NCBI GenBank assembly: GCA_947085095.1
Contig: CAMTVD010000012.1
Coordinates: forward strand, 1 to 64,000
DNA length: 64,000 nucleotides
Direction: 5' to 3'
Source of the DNA: an uncultured Thermus sp.
GTDB taxonomy: Bacteria; Deinococcota; Deinococci; Deinococcales; Thermaceae
Below are positions 58,106 through 64,000 of the stretch, one piece after another (within the stretch, counting starts at the first letter, position 1; each line of letters starts with the position of its first letter). Below the pieces are notes generated by a model. It saw nothing but the letters and a program-made list of their open reading frames with translations. It ran no database searches and was not told the origin of the DNA. Position numbers and translations under genes: made by a program.

Positions 58106-59329
58106 ATGGACCAGCTGCTTTTGGTAAACCTGTTCCACGAGCTGGCCCTGAAAGGGGGGAACCGCCCCCTCTTCCTGAAGAAGGCCAAAGCCCACGTGAG
58201 GCGGGCCCTGAAGGGCCTCGAGGCCCGGCTGGAAGGGGAGTGGCCCATGGCCCTCCTCTTCCGCCTTCCCCCATGGGCCTGGCCTGAGGCGGAAGCGCGC
58301 CTAGGGGACACCCTGGGGGTGGGGAGCTTCGCCCGGGTGGTCCGCACCGCCCCGGACCTGAAGGCCCTGGAAACGGTCCTGGAAAAGGCCCTGGAGGGGG
58401 CAAGCTTCGCCAGCTTCCGGGTCACGGCCAAGCGCTCGGACAAGGCCTTCCCCCTCACCTCCCCGGAGATAGAAAGGGCCCTCGGCGCCTTCATCAAGGA
58501 AAGGACCGGGGCCATGGTCCGCCTCAAGGGGGCGGAGCGGGAGTTCGTGGTGCGCCTCCTGCCGGGGGCGGCCCTCCTCGAGGTCTCCCACCACCCGGGG
58601 CCCGGGGGGCTCCCCCCGGGGGTCTCCGGCAAGGTGGTGGCCCTCCTCTCCGGAGGCATAGACTCCCCCGTGGCCGCCCACCGCCTCATGCGCCGGGGAG
58701 CGGAGGTGGTCCTGGTCCACTTCCACCCCTTCCCCCTCCTCTCGGGGGCGAGCCGGGAGAAGGCGAGGGCCATCGCCGAGCGCCTGGTGCGCTTCCAGCA
58801 CCGCCTGAGGCTTCACCTGGTCCCCTTCAGCGAGGTGCAGCGGCGCATCCTCCTCGAGGCCCCCAAGGCCTACAGGGTGGTCCTCTATCGCCGCTACATG
58901 CTCCGCCTGGCGGAGGCCATCGCCCAGGAGGAGGGGGCCCTGGCCCTTTGCACCGGGGACAGCCTGGGCCAGGTGGCCTCGCAGACCCTGGAAAATCTCT
59001 ACGCGGTCAACCAGGCGGCCACCCTGCCCGTCCTCCGGCCCCTCGTTGGCATGGACAAACAGGAGATCGTGAAGGAAGCGCAAAGGATCGGCACCTACCC
59101 CATCTCCATCCTTCCCGACGAGGAGTGCTGCACCCTCTTCGCCCCCAGGCATCCCGTGACCCGGGCGGAGCTCTCCGTGGTCCTGGACGCCGAATCCCGC
59201 CTCCCCACCGAGGAGCTTGTGCAGCTAGCCCTGAAGGACCGGGAGGTGGTCCTTTACACCTGGCCGGGGCAGAAGGCCCTGGAGGAAGGGGCTTCTCGGG
59301 CTTTTATAATGGAGCATGAACCTGCTTGA
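58106..59329 (+). CDS. thiI: tRNA 4-thiouridine synthase (no rhodanese domain)
   Basis: THUMP domain, [13 protein letters not shown]-loop, [15 protein letters not shown]. Confidence 0.94.
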   Translation: MDQLLLVNLFHELALKGGNRPLFLKKAKAHVRRALKGLEARLEGEWPMALLFRLPPWAWPEAEARLGDTLGVGSFARVVRTAPDLKALETVLEKALEGASFASFRVTAKRSDKAFPLTSPEIERALGAFIKERTGAMVRLKGAEREFVVRLLPGAALLEVSHHPGPGGLPPGVSGKVVALLSGGIDSPVAAHRLMRRGAEVVLVHFHPFPLLSGASREKARAIAERLVRFQHRLRLHLVPFSEVQRRILLEAPKAYRVVLYRRYMLRLAEAIAQEEGALALCTGDSLGQVASQTLENLYAVNQAATLPVLRPLVGMDKQEIVKEAQRIGTYPISILPDEECCTLFAPRHPVTRAELSVVLDAESRLPTEELVQLALKDREVVLYTWPGQKALEEGASRAFIMEHEPA

Positions 59330-60620
59330 GGCCAAGCACCTCCTGGAAACGGGCAAAACCACCCCCCTGGCCCTCCTGGAAGAGGCCCTGGAGCGGGCCA
59401 AGGCCCACGAGGACCGGAACGCCCTGGCCCACCTGGACGAGGAGAGGGCCAGGGAAGAGGCCCTTCGCCTCACGGAGGAGCTGAGGCGGGGCCAGACGCG
59501 GGGCCCCCTCCACGGCCTTCCCCTCACGGTCAAGGACCTCTTCCCGGTGAAGGGGATGCCCACCCGGGCCGGGACCCGGGCCCCCCTTCCGCCCCTGCCC
59601 GAGGAGGCCCTGGCGGTGCGCCGCCTGAGGGAGGCCGGGGCCCTCCTCTTCGCCAAGACCAACATGCACGAAGTGGCCCTGGGCATCACCGGGGAGAACC
59701 CCTGGACCGGGCCCGTCCGGAACGCCATTGACCCGAGCCGCCAGGCCGGAGGGAGCAGCAGCGGGAGCGCCGTGGCCGTGGCCCTGGGGATCGGCCTCGC
59801 CTCCCTGGGCTCGGACACCGGGGGGTCCATCCGCATCCCCGCCGCCTTCAACGGGGTGGTGGGCTTCAAGCCCTCCTACAGCCGGGTGGGCCTCGAGGGG
59901 GCCCTTCCCCTCTCCCGCTCCACCGACCACGGGGGGCCCCTCACCAAGACGGTGCGGGACGCCCACCTGCTCACGGAGATCCTGGCCGGGGAGAGCATCC
60001 CCTTAGAGGGCCCCCAGAACCCCACCTTCGGCGTCCCCCTGGACTTTTTGGAGGGGCGGCTGGGCGTGGGGGTGAGGAAGGCCTTCCTAAGGCTTCTTGA
60101 GGACCTTCCCACCCTCCGGGCCGAGGTCAGGGAGGTCTCCTTGCCCCTAAGGGGGGCTTACGAGGTCTACACCCGCCTGGTGCGCTACGAGGCGGCCCGC
60201 ATCCACGAGAAAGCCCTGAAGGAGCACCCCGAGGGCTTCTCCCCCCAGGTGCGGGAGGCCCTCCTGGCGGGGCTCGCCCTCACGGAGAAGGACTACCGGG
60301 ACGCCGTGGCCGAGCGGGAGGTCCTGAGGCTGGAGCTGGTGAAGGCCCTCAGGGGGGTGGACGCCCTCCTCCTCCCCACCCAGCCCCTCCCCGCCCCCCC
60401 CTTGGGCACGGAGGAGGTGGAGCTGGAGTCCGGCAAAAGGAGCCACCGGGAGGCCTTCATCACCCTGACCCTCCCCTTCAGCCTCCTGGGGGTGCCCACC
60501 CTCACCCTTCCCTTCGCCAAGGTGGAGGGGATGCCCGTGGGCCTCCAGGTGGTGGGCCCCTACGCCGAGGACGGGAGGGTGCTGGCCATCGGGGGCTGGC
60601 TCGAGGCCCGCCTCAGGTGA
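59316..60620 (+). CDS. Amidase signature family protein
   Basis: [28 protein letters not shown]. Confidence 0.92.
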   Translation: MNLLEAKHLLETGKTTPLALLEEALERAKAHEDRNALAHLDEERAREEALRLTEELRRGQTRGPLHGLPLTVKDLFPVKGMPTRAGTRAPLPPLPEEALAVRRLREAGALLFAKTNMHEVALGITGENPWTGPVRNAIDPSRQAGGSSSGSAVAVALGIGLASLGSDTGGSIRIPAAFNGVVGFKPSYSRVGLEGALPLSRSTDHGGPLTKTVRDAHLLTEILAGESIPLEGPQNPTFGVPLDFLEGRLGVGVRKAFLRLLEDLPTLRAEVREVSLPLRGAYEVYTRLVRYEAARIHEKALKEHPEGFSPQVREALLAGLALTEKDYRDAVAEREVLRLELVKALRGVDALLLPTQPLPAPPLGTEEVELESGKRSHREAFITLTLPFSLLGVPTLTLPFAKVEGMPVGLQVVGPYAEDGRVLAIGGWLEARLR

Positions 60621-61803
60621 GCCAGAGGTAAAGGAAAGCCAGGGTCAGAAGGGTGAGGGGGAGGCCAAAGCGAAGGTGCTCCCCGAAGGAAAGCCGCACC
60701 CCCTCCTTCCCCGCCCCCTCGGCCACGATCAGGTTGGCCACGCTGGCGAGGAGGGTGAGGTTCCCCGCCAGGGTGCTCCCCCCCGCCAAAAGGAGCCAGG
60801 AGGCCTCCCCCTCCACGTGCTGGGCCAGGAGGAGAACGGCGGGCACGTTGGAAACCAAAAGGGAGAGGAGGGTGGCGGAAAGGAGAAGGCCGAAAGGGCT
60901 TTGCGCCAGGGAGAGAAGCCCCTCGGCGAGCCCCAGCCGCCTCACCCCCTCCGTCACCATGAAAAGCCCGGCGAACATCACCAAAAGCTCCCAGTCCACC
61001 CGGAGGAAGAAGCGCTCGGAGCGGAGCCTGCGGGTGAAGAGGAGGAGGCCCGCCGCCACCAGGGCCGCCTGGGCCATGGGGTAGCCCAGGAGGAAGGCCA
61101 GAAAGAGGCCCAGGGTCACCAGGAGCCCCTTGGAGAGGAGGGCAGGGTAGACCCTGGCCCGCAAGGGGGGGAGGGGCGGAAGGGGCTTCAGGCTTCGGAC
61201 CTCGGGGTAGAGGAGGGCGAGGAGGAGGACCTGGAGGGCGAGACCAAAGAGGGCCACGGGCCACAGGGCCCCCAAAAAGCCTAGGTAGGAGATCCCCGAG
61301 AGGCTCGCCACCAGGATGTTCTGGGGGTTGCCCGTGGGGGTCATGAGGCTCCCCGTGTTCACCGCCCCCATGAGGGCGAGGAGGTAGGGGACGGGGTTCA
61401 GGCCCAAGGAACGGGTGAGGCGAAGGAGAAGAGGGGTGAGGAGGAGGGCCATGGTGTCGTTGAGGAAGAGGGCGGAAAGCCCCCCGGCCCCGAAGGTGAG
61501 GAGCAGGAGGAGGGCCAAGGGGCTTCGGGCCAGGCGCAGAAGGGCTGAGGCCGCCAGGGCGAAGAAGCCGGCATAGGAGAGCTGGGCGTTCAGCACCATG
61601 ACCCCAAAGAGGAAGACCAGGGTGGAGGCGTCCAGGGCCCGCCAGGCCTCCTCCAGGTCCAGGGTCCCAAGGAGCAAAAGAAAGCTCGCCCCCACCAGGG
61701 CCACCCCCGCCCGGTTCATGCGGTAGCCGGGAAGCCCCCCCAGGGCCAAGCCCAGATAGGTGAGGAGGACCACCAGGAGGCTAAGGACGGCCCTCGGGTC
61801 CAT
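60613..61803 (-). CDS. ArsB/NhaD (SLC13-like) anion transporter
   Basis: FLNDT, GS..TPTGNPQN, VSNVPA, STLAGNLT. Confidence 0.88.
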   Translation of the reverse strand: MDPRAVLSLLVVLLTYLGLALGGLPGYRMNRAGVALVGASFLLLLGTLDLEEAWRALDASTLVFLFGVMVLNAQLSYAGFFALAASALLRLARSPLALLLLLTFGAGGLSALFLNDTMALLLTPLLLRLTRSLGLNPVPYLLALMGAVNTGSLMTPTGNPQNILVASLSGISYLGFLGALWPVALFGLALQVLLLALLYPEVRSLKPLPPLPPLRARVYPALLSKGLLVTLGLFLAFLLGYPMAQAALVAAGLLLFTRRLRSERFFLRVDWELLVMFAGLFMVTEGVRRLGLAEGLLSLAQSPFGLLLSATLLSLLVSNVPAVLLLAQHVEGEASWLLLAGGSTLAGNLTLLASVANLIVAEGAGKEGVRLSFGEHLRFGLPLTLLTLAFLYLWLT

Positions 61804-62365
61804 AGAGCCTGCTCTCTAGCCGGGCCTTCACCCCCGGCCACTCCTCCCTCAGGAGGCTATAGACGACGTCGTCGCGGAAGGAGCCGTCCCCAAGCCTACG
61901 GTTGCGGCGCAGGACCCCTTCCCGCACCGCCCCCAGGGCCTCGAGGGCCCTCTGGCTCCTCTCGTTCCTCAGGTCCACCTTGAACTGGACCCGCTCGGCC
62001 CCCAAAACCTCAAAGGCGTGGGCCAGGAGGAGGTACTTGGCCTCCTTGTTGGCGGGGCTACCCCAGAAGGGCCTGAAGATCATGGTGCCCAGCTCCAGCT
62101 TGCCGTGCTCGGGCTCGGGGGCGATGACGGAGATGCGCCCGGCGAGCTCCCCCTCCAGGTAGATGGCCCAGTTCACCCGGCCGGGCTCGGCGAGGAGGGC
62201 TTCCAAGTGGGCCCTCACCGCCTCCGCCGTGGCCTCCTGGGGGCTTCGGCTCAGGTAGCGGTAGACCTCGGGGTCAAACCGGGCCAGGAACCCCGGCAGG
62301 TGGGCCAGGGAAAGGGGCTCCAAGCGCACGTACCTCCCCTCAAGCACCTGGGGAAAGGTCCACAT
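61781..62365 (-). CDS. GNAT (RimJ/RimL-like) N-acetyltransferase
   Basis: EAKYLLL.HAFE, RVQFK.D.RN.RSQRA, REGVLR. Confidence 0.9.
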   Translation of the reverse strand: MWTFPQVLEGRYVRLEPLSLAHLPGFLARFDPEVYRYLSRSPQEATAEAVRAHLEALLAEPGRVNWAIYLEGELAGRISVIAPEPEHGKLELGTMIFRPFWGSPANKEAKYLLLAHAFEVLGAERVQFKVDLRNERSQRALEALGAVREGVLRRNRRLGDGSFRDDVVYSLLREEWPGVKARLESRLYGPEGRP

Positions 62366-62385
62366 GGGGCCATTATGCTCGGGGT

Positions 62386-63429
62386 GTGGACACGGTGAAA
62401 GCGGTCCTCTCCCTCCTCCACCTCCCCCACCGGGGAAGCGCCACCCCCCTGGAGCGGGAGGCTTTCTCTCGCCTCGAGGCCTTCCTGAAGGAAAAGGGTC
62501 TGGAGCCCCGTCTGCTGCCCTTCCGCGGGGTGGCCACCTACGGGTGGGAGCTCCTGGCCATAAGCCTCCTCCTGGCTCTGGCTCCCCTCTCCCCCCTCTT
62601 CCCCCTCCTGGGGGCCTTGGGGTTTTTCCTTTACTTCCAGGGGGCCCGCCCCTGGGGCTTCCTCCTGGACCGCCTTCCCTCCCAGAACCTCCTGGCCTGG
62701 AAGGGCGAGGGGGAAAAGGCCTTGGTGCTCATGGCCCACGTGGACACGGCCAAGACCCACTTCCTCTACCACCCCAGGCGAGTCCGGGGCTTCCGGCGGG
62801 CCTTTTTGCTGAACGCGGGCCTGGCCTTTCTGGCCCCCCTCCTGGCCCTCACCCCCCTGGCCTGGCCCCTTGGCCTTTACTTCCTCCTCCAGGCCGCCCT
62901 CCTCCTCCACCGGGAGCTCTTTGCCCCTTACGTGGAGGGGGGAAACGACAACGGGAGCGGGGTGGCCGTGGCCACCGCCCTCTTCCTGGAGGCTGACCCC
63001 CCTCCGGGGTGGCGGCTTGGCCTGGCCCTTACGGGGTGCGAGGAGGTGGGGGCCCTGGGGGCCAAGGCCCTCCTCCCCCACCTTCCCCCTGGCGCCCTGG
63101 TCCTCAACCTGGACAACCTGGGCCGGGGGGAGCTCTTCTTCGCCGAGGGGGAGGGGATGCTCCGCTACTTCCCCTACCGGGGCCCCCTGCTCAAGGCGGC
63201 CCGGGAGGTCCCGGGGGCCAGGCCCCTCCGCTACCGCCTGGCCTACTTTGACACCCTGCCCCTCACGCAACGGGGCTTTTCCTGCCTGACCCTGGTCCGC
63301 CTCGAGGGCGGCGTCCCCCCGGACTGGCACTGGCCCACGGACACCTTCGCCCGCCTGGATGAGGAAGCTTTGGCCCACACCCTGGCCTACGCCCGAAGCC
63401 TTCTAGAAAAGGTCTTCCGGGAGGCGTGA
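62386..63429 (+). CDS. Membrane-embedded M28 family metallopeptidase
   Basis: MAHVDT, GGNDNGSG, GCEE.G..GA, NLDNLG, WH..TDT. Confidence 0.85.
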   Translation: MDTVKAVLSLLHLPHRGSATPLEREAFSRLEAFLKEKGLEPRLLPFRGVATYGWELLAISLLLALAPLSPLFPLLGALGFFLYFQGARPWGFLLDRLPSQNLLAWKGEGEKALVLMAHVDTAKTHFLYHPRRVRGFRRAFLLNAGLAFLAPLLALTPLAWPLGLYFLLQAALLLHRELFAPYVEGGNDNGSGVAVATALFLEADPPPGWRLGLALTGCEEVGALGAKALLPHLPPGALVLNLDNLGRGELFFAEGEGMLRYFPYRGPLLKAAREVPGARPLRYRLAYFDTLPLTQRGFSCLTLVRLEGGVPPDWHWPTDTFARLDEEALAHTLAYARSLLEKVFREA

Positions 63430-63442
63430 TAGGCTAAGGGCA

Positions 63443-63937
63443 ATGTTCCGCGTGGGCATCCTCACCATCTCCGACAAGGGCTACCGGGGGGAGCGGGAGG
63501 ACACCACCCACCTGGCCATCCGGGAGGCCCTGAAGGGGGGGCCCTACGAGGTGGCCCTCTACGAGCTGGTCCCCGACGAGCCCCCCCTGATCAAGAAGGT
63601 CCTGAGGCTCTGGGCGGACCGGGAGGGCCTGGACCTCATCCTCACCAACGGGGGCACGGGCCTAGCCCCCCGGGACCGCACCCCCGAGGCCACCAGGGAG
63701 GTCCTGGAGCGGGAGGTCCCCGGCCTCGCCGAGCTCATGCGCCTTAAGGGCCTGGCGAAGACCCCCATGGCCGCCCTCTCCCGGGGGGTGGCGGGGGTTA
63801 GGGGCAGGACCCTGATCCTGAACCTCCCGGGAAGCCCCAAGGGGGCCCGGGAGTCCCTGGAAGCGGTCCTCCCCGCCCTGCCCCACGCCCTTTCCCTGGT
63901 GACGGGAAAGGCCTGGCGGGAGGGGCACCATGAGTAG
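63443..63937 (+). CDS. mogA: MogA/MoaB molybdopterin adenylyltransferase
   Basis: TISD, GGTG..PRD.TPEAT, LSRG.AG, NLPGSP. Confidence 0.9.
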   Translation: MFRVGILTISDKGYRGEREDTTHLAIREALKGGPYEVALYELVPDEPPLIKKVLRLWADREGLDLILTNGGTGLAPRDRTPEATREVLEREVPGLAELMRLKGLAKTPMAALSRGVAGVRGRTLILNLPGSPKGARESLEAVLPALPHALSLVTGKAWREGHHE

Positions 63938-64000
63938 GGTCCCGGAAGCCTCCGTATTTCTGGTGGTGGACGAGGCCAAAAGAAAGGCCCGGGAAAGGGG
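63930..64000 (+). CDS. Start of an unidentified downstream ORF (partial)
   Basis: ATG overlapping the mogA end; open frame MSRVPEASVFLVVDEAKRKARER to the window edge. Confidence 0.5.
   Translation, partial: MSRVPEASVFLVVDEAKRKARER

Overview
GC-rich chromosomal window, very likely from a Thermus species (inferred from gene content, protein sequences and the many leaderless genes). It begins at the 5' end of a 23S rRNA gene that has its own promoter. Contents include tRNA-Arg(CCG); an alpha-glucoside set (pgm, malEFG, GH57 amylopullulanase) in which malEFG and the amylopullulanase share a LacI-type operator; a tungsten module (tupABC, MoaD-like protein with two GG motifs, aldehyde:ferredoxin oxidoreductase); prfA; a ZIP transporter with a perfect DtxR-type operator; a divergent copper island (Sco and PCuAC opposite nosD/F/L/L/Y-like genes, with no nosZ in the window); dnaX with an A9 slippage run; a CsoR-family regulator; 2-oxoacid:ferredoxin oxidoreductase; rtcB interrupted by a 482-aa LAGLIDADG intein; ndk; an NYN nuclease with a long structured leader; folBP; a convergently split TRAP transporter; rnhB; thiI; and Moco genes. 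No CRISPR array, prophage or IS element was recognised. The best candidates for undescribed biology are the nosZ-less Nos-like copper system, the RtcB intein with its leader, the double-GG ubiquitin-like protein and several cis-regulatory elements. All calls come from motif recognition by eye; no database searches were run.
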